NCBI GenBank assembly: GCA_001724265.1
Contig: MEDY01000064.1
Span: 124,001 to 181,757 of the forward strand
DNA length: 57,757 nt
DNA from: Rhizaria sp. SCN 62-66
Taxonomy: Eukaryota
Direction: 5' to 3'
This document shows, piece by piece, positions 37,796-49,200 of the stretch. Positions within the stretch are counted from its first letter, which is position 1, and each line of letters begins with the position of its first letter. Position numbers and translations under genes: made by a program. The notes beneath the pieces are model-generated. The model was not told the origin of the DNA and searched no databases. It saw nothing but the letters and a program-made list of their open reading frames with translations.

Positions 37796-38497
37796 ATGCC
37801 GAAGCGCAACCGGATTGTTCACCTGACGAAGACGTCCAAGAAGGGTCATGCGCACAAGGAGCGCCTGATCGAGGACGTGCGCACGGCGTGCGACACGTAC
37901 GCCCACGCCTTCGTCTTCACTGTGCCCAACGCGCGCAACCAGACCTTCTCGGAGCTGCGCGGCGAGTGGGCTGACTCGCGCTTCTTCCTTGGCAAGAACA
38001 AGGTCATGGCCGTTGCTCTGGGCCAGACGCTCGAGTCCGAGCACTGCCCCGGCGCGTTCAAGCTGGCCTCGATGCTCAAGGGCCAGTGCGGGCTGCTCTT
38101 CACCAACCGGTCCGCCGAGGACGTGCTGGAGTTCTTCAGCAACGTTGAGGAGCCCAACTTCGCGCGCTCCGGCTTTGTCGCCACGCATGACTTCGCGCTC
38201 AACAAGGGCATCCTGGAGGACCAGCCGTTCTCGATCGAGCCCACCCTGCGCAAGCTCGGCCTCATGACCCGCCTCAACAACGGCCAGGTCGAGCTTGAGT
38301 GCGACACGCAGGTCTGCCGCAAGGGCGACAAGCTGACGCCCAACCAATGCGTCATTCTCGAGCGTTTCAACGTCATGATGGCCGTCATGCGCGTGCTTAT
38401 CCACGGCCACTTCGACATTAAGGCCGGCAAGATCCAGAAGTTCGAGCACGAGGAGGTCGAGGTCGACGACGACGACGAGGAGGAGGACCAGGAGTAA
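37796..38497 (+). CDS. MRT4: Ribosome assembly factor Mrt4 (mRNA turnover protein 4)
   Basis: MPKRNRIVHLTKT, SRFFLGKNKVMAVALG, GQCGLLFTN, FARSG, SIEPTLRKLG, acidic tail. Intronless, stop is TAA. Confidence 0.96.
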   Translation: MPKRNRIVHLTKTSKKGHAHKERLIEDVRTACDTYAHAFVFTVPNARNQTFSELRGEWADSRFFLGKNKVMAVALGQTLESEHCPGAFKLASMLKGQCGLLFTNRSAEDVLEFFSNVEEPNFARSGFVATHDFALNKGILEDQPFSIEPTLRKLGLMTRLNNGQVELECDTQVCRKGDKLTPNQCVILERFNVMMAVMRVLIHGHFDIKAGKIQKFEHEEVEVDDDDEEEDQE

Positions 38498-39165
38498 GCA
38501 AATGACAGATTAGAGAGTTTCAACTACTACTCTTAGTCCATGTGTGTGAACTCTGCGCGCTCTTGTTCTCTCTCAACAAGCGTTGTGCCTCTTCTGATTT
38601 ATTTTGGCTCCTGGTGATCGTCTTAAGGGACCGCTCGAAGCACTTGTTGCTATCAATCAATATGCGGTTTATATGTGCGTCACAAATGGGAGCATCAACA
38701 TGTTACGATAGTCGTTTTATTTTTGGTGTGTTTGTTTCCCTTTTTTGTTTTCTATGTGCGCTTTTTACAATGCTTTACACAACATGCAATCACTCAAAAT
38801 CGTTATTAGTATAAATACAGATCTTTTCTTGCTGTAAACTTCTACGTAGTCCTTCCAGAGTTTATGTTAATATCACAGTGGTGCATCTACAAAGCGAATT
38901 GCGATTTTATATTACTGCTGTTGTGTATTGGCACTGTGATCAGTGTCAGGATCGTTCTGTTTATGTTGGGAATGAAGGTAGTGACTTCACATGGTAAAAA
39001 GCAAACAGAGACAAAACAAATGAACAAAACAAATGTCGCTAGTTATTATTTCTTTTAGCAAGGTAACTGTCGCGCGGCACAAGACATCTTAGAAAAGCGC
39101 GCTCTACGTCTTAGATTGCGATAGTTATAGACGTCTAAGGGCCTCGCGGTACTGAGTCTGTCTGC

Positions 39166-42100
39166 TCAGTACCGCTCCTGGTGTGCCAGCCTCAGCCCCT
39201 GTCGGTGCTTCGTCAGCCAAGCATTGCCCCCGCTGCCCGCACCCGCGCCCGCGCCAGCGCCGTCGTGCTGGTGCTGCGACTGGGCGGATGCGCCGGTGAG
39301 CGAGCTACCGAGCGAGCGCTCGAGCATAGCCGAGTGAAGCTCGCTGCCGAGGTCGTGGAACGCCGAGGCCATAAGCTTCTGCTCGCGGCGCGCGGCAAGC
39401 GCGGCCTCCTTGCGCAGCCGCTCCGAGTCGGAGAGCGCGACCTCGAGGTCAACGATGCGCTGCTGCGCGAGCAGGAGGTCGGCGGCGGCCGCGGCGGCAG
39501 CGGCGGCGGCGGAGGAAGACGAGGAAGTGAGCGAGCGACGCTCCTCCTATATAAACGAAAGATAATGGAGGCGAAACACATGAAGTTCAGAGAATGATAA
39601 GAAAATGAATGATGTGGTGCGAAAAATTACATATTGATAACAATTAGAAAGCACAACAACGGAACAAGGAGGCGGCGTAGTTTCGGTGTGTGCGACAATT
39701 TGTGAGAAGGTTGAGAGATCCAACAGTGCTGCTTGTTTGCTTTAAAAATACGTTGTTTCGGCGTTGCTGTTCCTTGTGAAAGCGTATGAGTGTTGCGTGT
39801 GTTGCTAATATGATTATGGCTTGCCTGTGTGTCCGTTTGTGTGTGTGTCGTGAAGCCTTGTCCAACCGACGATATTGTGCGAGCTGCTTGCTAGATTGGA
39901 GAAACAATGGGAAATCAAACACAACAGATGTTGCAGCGTATGCACGTGTGAGCGATTCTGTAATAGTGAGGTAATGTGTACGTAGTACCACGACAAAAAC
40001 AACAGTGAAGTAGTAGTAGTCGTAATAAAATACAATCAGAGCTCTACAGTAACCGCAAAACAGTCACGCACACATTGTGCCCACAACTTATCACACGAAT
40101 GCACAGCAGCACACTATCGCAGCGCGAAATGACGTAAACACACGAATGAACCCAGAAACACACCGACGCAAGTGTCGGCACTCGAGAGCGCAAACACATA
40201 ATCGACGGCGAGAGCACCAGCTCAAACAGCACACACACGCACACAGATAGAAACAAACATTGAAGCATAGAAACGAAACACATCGTTGAATAAAAGAGTA
40301 GTTGGAACGCACCTATATTGTGAGGAAAGCAGTCGCTAAACCACCAACACACGAACACGTACACGCACAGGAACATGCAAAACCAAATTATGTTTAAATT
40401 AACACACAGACGCGACAACAACAGTCGCACAACTTAAAGCAAACAAGCAAAGCACGTTAAACACTGAAAGTGACAAAGACCATGTGACGAGTGCTAGCGA
40501 GGAACAGAACAATGCGTGTTTTCATCGCCAGTATACCGCAAATTCGACAAGAGATTATTGACATTGTGAAGCTTTGAGTGATAGGCAAGTGTGAGCAAAG
40601 ACTGGACAACACTGTGGTGATCGAGAGCAGGGACTAGGCTGCAGATAACTGAAGAAATGAAGTAGCTAGAAAAATAACGTTTAAAACTGCAATAAATAGG
40701 TAAGGATTAATAGAAACGGACAAAGGAATAGACCTGCGCAAGTCCACGCTCTCATCATCATCAACATTAGCTAGCACTATTACCACATGACCCTACACTC
40801 AAGTCGCACGAACTCCACAACAATAAGCATGCCTAAGCGGTACAAAAGGTCGCATCAAACACATAAATAAGGAATCTCCTGCTTAACTAACACCCTCACA
40901 ATCGGTTTCGGTCGCACTTCAGTTTCTCCTCCTCCCTCACAAAATGAACCACACACACTGAGACAACTTCAAGATGAACGAGAACGTGGACGAGAACGAA
41001 ACACTCAGCGCGTGCTGCTGCGCTCCATGGTAACCGTGGTCACCACTGAGCTCACAGTCCCGCCCATGACAAGCGCGAGTGCGAGCAGCAGCACGACCTT
41101 CCATGTCTTGACCTGCCGCTGCAGCAGCAGCGCGTCGCCGCACGCGCTCGCGAACGCGCGCCCGCCGTAGACGACCCGGGCCACGGCCGCGGTGATCGCA
41201 GCCAGCCCGCTCGCGTCGGCGCGGGCCTCGGTCGCGGCGGCGCCGGCGGCCGCAGCGGCGGCGGCGTCCTGGGCGTCGTCGCCGGCGCCGGTAGCCTTGC
41301 TGTTCTTGCCCTTATTCTTGTTCTTCTTGCTATCCTTGGCGTCCATCGCGGCCAGCTTAGACTGTGCCAGCGCGACAGCGGCCGCCGTCTCCTCCTTGCG
41401 TCGCGCGCGCGCAGCCTCCTCCTCGGCCTGGGCAGCCGCAGCAGCTGCCGCAGCCGCTGCAGCAGCCGCGGCAGCCGAAGTGGCAGCCGCGCTCGCACTT
41501 GCCGTTGTTCCAGTCGGTGATGTAACAGCTAAACGGTGCAACTGACTGGGCGCAATCGCGTCCAAACCTACCTCCTTGACGCGCTTGTTGGCGTCGAGCA
41601 CGTAGCGCTCCATCTTGCTGCGCAGCGTCTGCTCCTGCGCAAGCTTCTCCTGCGCCAGCCTCAGCTGCTCTCTATTCGTGCGCAGCTCGCTCTCGGCCGC
41701 CGACAGCCGCGTCGCCGTGGCCTGGTGCGTCTTCTCCTGCGCCGCCACCTTGGCCTGCACGCTCGCCATCTGCGCCTCGTAGGCCTTCTTGACCTCGGAC
41801 ACGCGCTTGTCGTCGCCCGCAGACTCGCGGTGGCGCATCAGCTCGCGCTCCGCCTCGGCCTTGGCCTTGAGGATCGCGGCCTGGTCCTCCTGCGCATCCT
41901 TGATCGCGACGGCAGCACGCGCACGCTCCTTGGCCAGCGCCTGCTTCGCCGCAGCGACCTCGGACTCGAGATCGGTGATGCGCGCAGCGGCCGCGGCTTC
42001 GGCGGCGGCCTTGGCGGACGCGGCAGCGGCGTCGGCAGCCGCGGCGGACGCGGCGGCGGCGGCAGCGGCGGACGCAGCCTGGTCGCCTGCAGCAGCAGCG

Positions 42101-45100
42101 GTCGCCGCGGTGGCTGCGGCAGCCTTCTCCTCGGCGGCCTTGACCGCGCTCTTCGCAGCGGCCTTGGCGGCAGCTTCCTCGGCCTTGGCAGTCTCCGCGG
42201 AGGCCGCGGCGGCCTCGGCCGTCTTGCTGGCCTTGGCGGCGGCGGCCACGGCGGCGTCGGCGCGAGCACGCTCAGACTCAACATCCCGCTTCGCGGCGGC
42301 GGCCTCGGCGCGCGCGGCCTCGGCGGCGGTGGCGTCGGCCGCGGCACGGTCGCGCGCAGAAGCAAGGTCAAGCTCAGCGTCGGCCTTGGCGGCCGTGGCG
42401 GCGGCGGCCTCAGCGCGTGCAGCGTCGGCCGCAGCCTCGGCGGCGGCGGCAGCGGCCGTCAGGCGCGCGCAGTCGTCCTGCTTCGACTTGAGCTCGTCCT
42501 TGAGCGCGGCGGCGGCGGCACTGGCGGCGGCGATGGCGGCTGACTCGGAGGCCTCGCCCGCCGCGGCCGCGCTGGCCGCCGCAGTCTCCTGCTCCTGCAA
42601 CAGCGCGTGGTAGCGCGTCTCCAGCTCCGCAAACCGGGCCCCCGCTGCGGCCTCTGCGGCAGCCTTGGCGTCGGCAGCGGCCTTGGCGGCCTCCAAGTCC
42701 TTGTCCTTGGCGGCAAGGCGCGCAGCCGTCTTCTTGGCCTCGGCCACGGCGTCGTCGCGCGCGTCGCGGGCAGCCTTGGCCTCGGCCTCAGCGGCGGCAG
42801 TTGCCTCCGCGGCGGCCTTAGCGGCGGCAGCGGCGGAAGTCTTGATCGCGGCAAGCTCAGCCTCGCCCGCAGCAACGGCCTCGGCGACAGCGGCCTCCTT
42901 CGCGGCAACCGCAGCGGCCACAGCGGCAGCCGCAGCGGCCGCGGCGGCCTCGGCTTCGCGGCAGCGCTCGTCAGCCTCCGCGGCGGCGGCTTTGGCGGCG
43001 CTCACGGCGGCCGCGAGCTCGACGTTGAGCGTGCTGAGGCTCTTGGCGCGCTCCTCGGCCGCGCTCGCCGTCGCCGTCGCGGCCGCGGCGTCGGCCGAGG
43101 CGCGGACCGCGCGCGCCTCGGCGTCGGCGCAGGCGCGGAGCTGCTCGGTGAGGCGGCCGCGCAGTGCCTCTTCAGCGGCGGCGGCGTCGTCGGCGGCGGT
43201 CGTGGCGGCGGCGCGCGCGGCGGCCAGGTCGGCGCGCAGCGTGACGACCTCGTCCTGCAGCGCGGCGGAGGGCGTCGCGCCCGCGCTCGACTGCGTGGCC
43301 CCCGCGGCCGCGGCAGCGGGGGCGGCGGAGGACGAGGGGAGCGTGACGGTGAGCGAGCCCAGCTGCTCCTCGTTGCCGTCCGCGGCGGTGCCGGCGGAGG
43401 ACGAGAAGAGCGCGGCGCGGTTCAGCCCCACACCGACGCCGCCGCCGAGTCCGCGGCTGGCGGCGCCCGCGAGCGGCGAGGTCAGCGGCGAGAAGAGCCC
43501 CGATTGCGACGTCAGCGCCTGCGCGCGCGTGAGGTCGTCCTGCGCGCGCACGAGCTGCTCGTTGAGCGAGGCCTGCTCCGCCCGCGACGACGCGAGCTCG
43601 GAGCGCAGCGCAGTGACCTGGTTGCCGCTGCTCTCGGCCGCAATCTCCACCTCAGTGAGCTTCATCTGCAGCTCGCGCACCTGCGCCACGGCCTTGGCGC
43701 TGCGCTTCTCGCTGGCCAGGAGCTCGCGCACGTGCGCCTCGGACAGCGCGAGCCGCTCCTTCAGCGAAGCCGCGTCGGCGCGCAGCACGTCCGTCTCGGC
43801 CGACGTGTCCGTTTGCTGCGTCGCCGTCGACGCCAGCTGCTTCTTGTACTGCGCGACCGTCAGCTCCAGCTGCGCCACCTGCCGCGCGCGCTCCAGCGCC
43901 GCGTCGAGCTTGTCGTTAAGCGACGACAGCTCCTCGGCGTGGCGGCGCTGCTCCTCCTCGCGCCGCTCCTGCAGCCGCGTCAGCGCCTCCTGCGTCCGCA
44001 GCAGCTGCGCACGAAGCCCGTGCAGCTCGCGCTCGGCCGCCGCGCTGACCTCGTGCGTCTCGGAGCGGAGGCGGTCCGTCTCGTCCTCGCGCGCCACGCG
44101 CGCCTTCTCAAGCGCGGCCACCACGGCGGCCTCGTGCGCGTCGCGCAGCTGCTCCACCTCGGTCTGGTGCGTGTACACCAGTTTGTCGATCTGGCGCCGC
44201 AGCGCCGCCATCTCGGTGCCCGCAGCGTCGACCTGGGCCGCCAAGTCGTCGCGCTCGTTGGTGAGGCGGTCGAGCTGCAGCTGCACCACGGGCGACACAC
44301 CGGGGGGTGCGCCCGCGGCCGAGTGCGCGGCGGCGGCCGCGGCAGCGGCAGCGAGCGTGGCAGCCGTGAGCCCGCTGGGAGACCGGTGGTGCGACATGCG
44401 GCGTGAGGCGGCGATCGCCGACGACGGGTTCGACACCGAGAGCTGCTGCTGCAGCCCGGGCGGCGCGAGGCTGCCGCCGGGGGTGGTCGCGGCGCCGGCC
44501 GCGCCGAGTGTGTTAGTGCGCGAGCGCGTGCTGGAGCGCGCCGGCGTGGTGAGGTCGGCGCGGTCCAGGTTGCGCTCGAGACGCTTGACGATGGACGAAC
44601 CGCGCGCGCCGCCGGAGAGCGTGCTGCTGCTGTCGTCGCCGGTCAGAGACGCCGCGTCGCTGTTGCTGTGGTTCGCGTCAGCGTCGGCGTTGCTGTCGGC
44701 GTCGGCGAGCTGGTCCGCGAACGAGTGCGACACGGAGCCTGAGCGGCTGCGGGCAATGGTCTTGATGTTGTCCTCCACGCCGCTGAGGTCGCTATCGTCG
44801 TCATCGTCGTCGTCGTCGTCGTTATCGTCGTCGTTGTTGGGCATGAAGTCAGTGACCATCATCATCAGCGTGTGCTGCGCGTCGTCGTTGAGGTCCATGA
44901 TGCGCGGGATCACGCTGTCGCGCTGCGGTGAGTTGAGCGCAATGGCCAGCACTAGCTGACACACCTTCAACACGTTCTCGTTCGACGCAGGAGCGTCGGC
45001 AGCGGTGAATGCGTCAACAGAAAGACCGAGCTCGGAGTCTACGGTCGAGTTGAAGGTCTTGAGGAAGAAAGCGTTGATCTCAGGCAGGATCCGCGGCCAG

Positions 45101-45510
45101 GTGTCCGTAGAACTCGCCGAGGACGCATTGGCCGGCGGGGAGGCGAAGTCCTCGGGGGACAAGTAGTGCAGGACGGCCATGATAACCCCGCCAGAAGCGA
45201 GGGTGGAGAGCGATGCAGCGGGGGACTCGTTGATGTCCTGTGCGAAGGTGTTGATGAAGCTCAACACGGCCGCGGCCTGGAACTCGGTCTGTTGCGACTG
45301 TTGCGGGAATCGGGCAGAACAAAGGCGATGGATAAAGCACAACAAGGAGGGTGGTTTAAAGAACGTGAGGCAGAATAATAGGGATGATAAATATTCGGTA
45401 GTCGGGTAGAGATAGAGATTTAGCGAAACATCAATGAGTTGGGGTCTGCGGAGCCCGGATAGTGAAGACAACGGTCCGGAAGATAAGCGGCAACGTACCT
45501 CGATGTCCAT
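39166..45510 (-). CDS. HOOK: Hook-family dynein adaptor, soluble isoform (~1369 aa); exons 45510-45499, ~45288-41572, 39546-39166
   Basis: N-terminal Hook (CH-like) domain (LASGGVIMAVLHYLSPEDF; KVCQLVLAIALNSPQRDSVIPRIMDLNDDAQHTLM) and a long coiled coil. The terminal exon encodes the Hook C-terminal motif REQKLMASAFHDLG...WLTKHRQ. Phase-0 join GAG|GTAGGT...TATAG|GAG. Stop is TGA. Confidence 0.8.
41005..45510 (-). CDS. HOOK: Hook-family protein, alternative tail-anchored isoform (~1431 aa, donor at 41571 not used)
   Basis: The frame stays open for ~188 GC-rich codons past the donor and ends WKVVLLLALALVMGGTVSSVVTTVTMERSSTR-TGA. Confidence 0.62.
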   Translation of the reverse strand: MDIEVRCRLSSGPLSSLSGLRRPQLIDVSLNLYLYPTTEYLSSLLFCLTFFKPPSLLCFIHRLCSARFPQQSQQTEFQAAAVLSFINTFAQDINESPAASLSTLASGGVIMAVLHYLSPEDFASPPANASSASSTDTWPRILPEINAFFLKTFNSTVDSELGLSVDAFTAADAPASNENVLKVCQLVLAIALNSPQRDSVIPRIMDLNDDAQHTLMMMVTDFMPNNDDDNDDDDDDDDDSDLSGVEDNIKTIARSRSGSVSHSFADQLADADSNADADANHSNSDAASLTGDDSSSTLSGGARGSSIVKRLERNLDRADLTTPARSSTRSRTNTLGAAGAATTPGGSLAPPGLQQQLSVSNPSSAIAASRRMSHHRSPSGLTAATLAAAAAAAAAHSAAGAPPGVSPVVQLQLDRLTNERDDLAAQVDAAGTEMAALRRQIDKLVYTHQTEVEQLRDAHEAAVVAALEKARVAREDETDRLRSETHEVSAAAERELHGLRAQLLRTQEALTRLQERREEEQRRHAEELSSLNDKLDAALERARQVAQLELTVAQYKKQLASTATQQTDTSAETDVLRADAASLKERLALSEAHVRELLASEKRSAKAVAQVRELQMKLTEVEIAAESSGNQVTALRSELASSRAEQASLNEQLVRAQDDLTRAQALTSQSGLFSPLTSPLAGAASRGLGGGVGVGLNRAALFSSSAGTAADGNEEQLGSLTVTLPSSSAAPAAAAAGATQSSAGATPSAALQDEVVTLRADLAAARAAATTAADDAAAAEEALRGRLTEQLRACADAEARAVRASADAAAATATASAAEERAKSLSTLNVELAAAVSAAKAAAAEADERCREAEAAAAAAAAAVAAAVAAKEAAVAEAVAAGEAELAAIKTSAAAAAKAAAEATAAAEAEAKAARDARDDAVAEAKKTAARLAAKDKDLEAAKAAADAKAAAEAAAGARFAELETRYHALLQEQETAAASAAAAGEASESAAIAAASAAAAALKDELKSKQDDCARLTAAAAAAEAAADAARAEAAAATAAKADAELDLASARDRAAADATAAEAARAEAAAAKRDVESERARADAAVAAAAKASKTAEAAAASAETAKAEEAAAKAAAKSAVKAAEEKAAAATAATAAAAGDQAASAAAAAAASAAAADAAAASAKAAAEAAAAARITDLESEVAAAKQALAKERARAAVAIKDAQEDQAAILKAKAEAERELMRHRESAGDDKRVSEVKKAYEAQMASVQAKVAAQEKTHQATATRLSAAESELRTNREQLRLAQEKLAQEQTLRSKMERYVLDANKRVKEVGLDAIAPSQLHRLAVTSPTGTTASASAAATSAAAAAAAAAAAAAAAQAEEEAARARRKEETAAAVALAQSKLAAMDAKDSKKNKNKGKNSKATGAGDDAQDAAAAAAAGAAATEARADASGLAAITAAVARVVYGGRAFASACGDALLLQRQVKTWKVVLLLALALVMGGTVSSVVTTVTMERSSTR

Positions 45511-46298
45511 CGTGCGCGGGGAGGGCTCACCGGAAGGTGATGTAGGGTCTTAGGTAGCGAAAAGCGCGCGCAGAGCACAAGACAGTTGTCACAGACAGGA
45601 GTCAGTCACGAAATAACAAGCCGGGGCGACGGCGGGTGTGCGACGGGCTCGCAGAAACGGTGTCGGTTGGGAGCTGACGCGGCACAAGCTTACAGCACAA
45701 ACCTGTAGAACTAGGGCGAACCTGTACGTCAATAAAATCAAAAACAGTAGTATCAAAAAATATATGAGGTGGAGTATCTATTCAAATCATAATCATTATG
45801 TTTGCCGAAGCACAGCACGTATGGTGGTTTATTGAAAACAGCGAAGATTTTGTCGCTCCCGTCTCTCCTTGCCTCGCGTCGCCGACCGTGGGTTTTTGCG
45901 AACCTCGCCTTGCCGACTGGTGATTGCCGCAAGATGAGGACTCGTCTGGTCGTCCGCGGTCGAGGCGAATCTCGTGACGTCAGTCGACTTCGGCGAAGTG
46001 TGTGCGCCGTGGGGACTCCGTTGACGCTTATTTGACTTGTGAATCTGGCGGTAGTCCGCTGTTAATTATCTAATCTTTTCTTAGTTTGCTTGCCAGCTCC
46101 TTTTTTAGCGCGGTATATCTTCTGTGTAATCCCAACGGTCCTCTCACCTCTCCTCATCCCCCACCACTGCCTTCTCTTGCTGATGGACGTAGGCCCGTTC
46201 CCGCTTGCTGAAACGGTCACTGTTGCAGTGAGCTACTTTTCTTTGGTTGCTTTAAGTCCAGTCTCCCGCATCCTAGCTGCGAGTCTCGGCCTCCGTCT

Positions 46299-49200
46299 AT
46301 GACGAAGAAGTCGTCGAACCCAGGCAACCAGCGGGGCCCCGCCGCGGGCCCCGCTGTCCCGGCCTCCGCCGCCGCCCCTGCCACCGCCTCGATTTCTACT
46401 TCTTCCTCCAAGCCCTCCGCCTCTTCTGCTGCACCCGCAAAGGCGGTTAAGCCTGTCTCTGCTCGTGCTCGCCTGTCCTCGTCCCGCTTCAAGGTCAGTC
46501 ACGTGCCCTCCCACATCAGCTCATGATATCCCACCTGCCCTCTCACTCTCGTGCTCCGTATCAACCATCTCGCCCTTCTCTCACTGACATATCACCCTGC
46601 ATTGCTCTTTTTCTGTTTTTCCCGCTCCAGCTGTCGTCTGTGATCGCCGTACTCGTGGTGCTGCTCGCCGCGGCGGCCATGTCCCCCACCCCCGTCGGTG
46701 TTTCACTCCGCTCCCTTGCCGTCACCCTCCGCGCCAAGCTCACCGGGGCCGCCGCCGTGGCCGCCGCCCGCGTCACGGGCGCCGCCAATGGCAACGGCAA
46801 CAACGCCAGCAATAACAACAACAACGTCAACCGCCCTACGCCGCAGCAGCAGCACCACCACCACCACCACCACGACGTGCATGCGCGCCACAGCCACATC
46901 CCGATGCTGCACGAGGCGACCGTGGGCTCGGACGTCATTAAGGCCGTCACCGCGGCGGCGGGCCCGCTGCCGCTGTCGACGCACACGCCGTACAAGTGGG
47001 GCACGTATCGCCCCAGCGTGTATGTCGGCCTCCGCGCGCGCCACCCCGCGTCGCCTCTCTTCGGGCTCATGTGGTTCGACCCCTACCAGGCGGCGCCGCT
47101 GGACCTGCTGCGCCACGAGGCGCGCTCCGAGGAGCACCCCGCGCGGCTCGAGTGGGCCATCCACGATGGGCGCCACTACGGCATGCAGACGGTGCTCGAC
47201 GGCGCCTACAACGTCACCACCGAGTTCATCCAGGACCCCGCGCGCGAGGACTCGTTCGCACTGTCGCTGCGCGTGCAGGCGCACGAGCCGCCCGCGGGCT
47301 CCGAAGCGGCGCGCGTGTACCACTCGCACCACACGGCCGAGCCGCGCCAGGCGCTCAAGCGCACGCCCGTGCACCAGGGCAAGGAGCCGGCCATCTCGCT
47401 ATTGTGGTACTGGGTGTTGCCCGACGACGCCGACGACGTGCTCATGCCCGCCTTCCCGCCCGCCGTCACCACGGCGCTCGCCACCAGCAACAGCAACAGC
47501 GGCGCGCGCAAGGAGAACCCTGGGTATCCGCTGTCTGCGCCGCTGACGACGCGGCTTATCTTAAACTCGACCAAGCGCGCGTTTGACTTCACGTCCAAGC
47601 GCGTCAAGGGCGCCCCGGCGCCCACGCTCGACACGGCCGCGTTGCCCGCCGCCGTGGAGGCGTACCTCGCGCAGGTCAACGCCAGCTTCGACCCCAACAA
47701 CAGCAAGAACAAGAAGGGTAGCAAGGATGGCAAGGACGCCAACAGCGGCTACAAGGACTCCAACACGGGCAGCGCGAGCGTGAGCAGCGGCAAGGCCGTG
47801 CGCGAGCGCAACCCGCTTTACCAGCCGCCGCCGCAGCAGCACCACGCGCATTACTTTCATCACCGCCCGCTGCCGCCGCCGGAGCGCCGCTGGCGGTACC
47901 AGCATCCGGCCTTCACGGCGCCGCACCGGCCGGCGGACGAGGTGCGCTTCACCGCGTACCGCACGAGCAAGGACCCGTGGCGCGTGCACGACGTCGCCGT
48001 GTCGGTGCTGACCCAGAACGCGATGACTGCGCAGCACCCGGCGTACGGCGAGCAGCAGAAGCTGCTCAACGGCGTCGCCAAGGCCGAGGACGCTTGGGAC
48101 AGCAGCAGCAATAGTGATAGCAGCATCGCGGCCGCCAAGGCCATCGGCGACGGCAAGAGCCCGCTGACGCCGCAGCAGCTGCAGGAGCGCGCGCGCGCCG
48201 AGGCCGCGAACAAGCACGGCAACCTGCAGGTCCCGCGCGGGCTCACGCACGAGCTCGGCATCTCGATGCCGCAGCTCGACAACACGTTGCGCGCGACGGC
48301 GCCGCCGCCGAACAACCACCACTTCATGTTCCACGGCGGTCAGCCCCCGCCGGTGGAGGCGCACAAGTACGCCAGCAGCGTCAACGGCCCCGTGTCGGGA
48401 ACTGGGATGTCGCGCGTGGTGGTGTTTCAGGCCACGCTCAAGCTGCCCGTCGAGATGGAGTACACACTCTTCCCCGCCACCGGCGAGCTGGTGCCCAAGT
48501 CTGCTGTTGCTTCGACTGCGAACAAGGATGGCAAGAATGCTGCTGTTGCGAACGGCAAGTCCGCCGTGGAGGCCGTCACTGTCGAGGGCGACGCCAAGTC
48601 CGCCGCCGCCTACGCGCCCGCCGTCACTGCGGCCCGTCGCGACGGCGCCGCGGCCTTTGCGGTCCCCGCCTCAACTGCGCACGGCGAGTATATGAGCAAG
48701 AAGGTGCCCGAGCTGCGGGCCGACGCACGCAAGCGCTTTCACGATCGGTTTGAGAAGGAGTTCGGGCTCTCGAGCAAGAACTTCACTGCTGACCAGGTAC
48801 ATAACTAAAACAAATAATACCTGAATTCATGTTCATCACTCCGCCTCTGTTGTAATCAAATATTATCGCACTATCGATCACTCATATTTATTCTTATTTA
48901 TTTGTTTTATTTTCCTTCTATCTGCCCAGGTTGCTTTCGGCAAGATGGCGATGTCGTCGCTGCTGGGCGGCATGGGCTACTGGCACGGCCGCGGCCGTCT
49001 GATGCAGCGCGTCGGCTACGGCGACGCCACGACGGCGCTCGACAGCGACTTCAAGCAGTTCTACGCGGACTCGGCGGCCAAGAAGTTCATCTCGCCGCAC
49101 CGCCTGACGACGCTCGAGAACGGGCGCAACAACGAGATCAAGGCCGTGCAGGTGCGCAACTACCGCACGCTGCAGAACCCCGAGCAGGAGCTCTTCTCTT

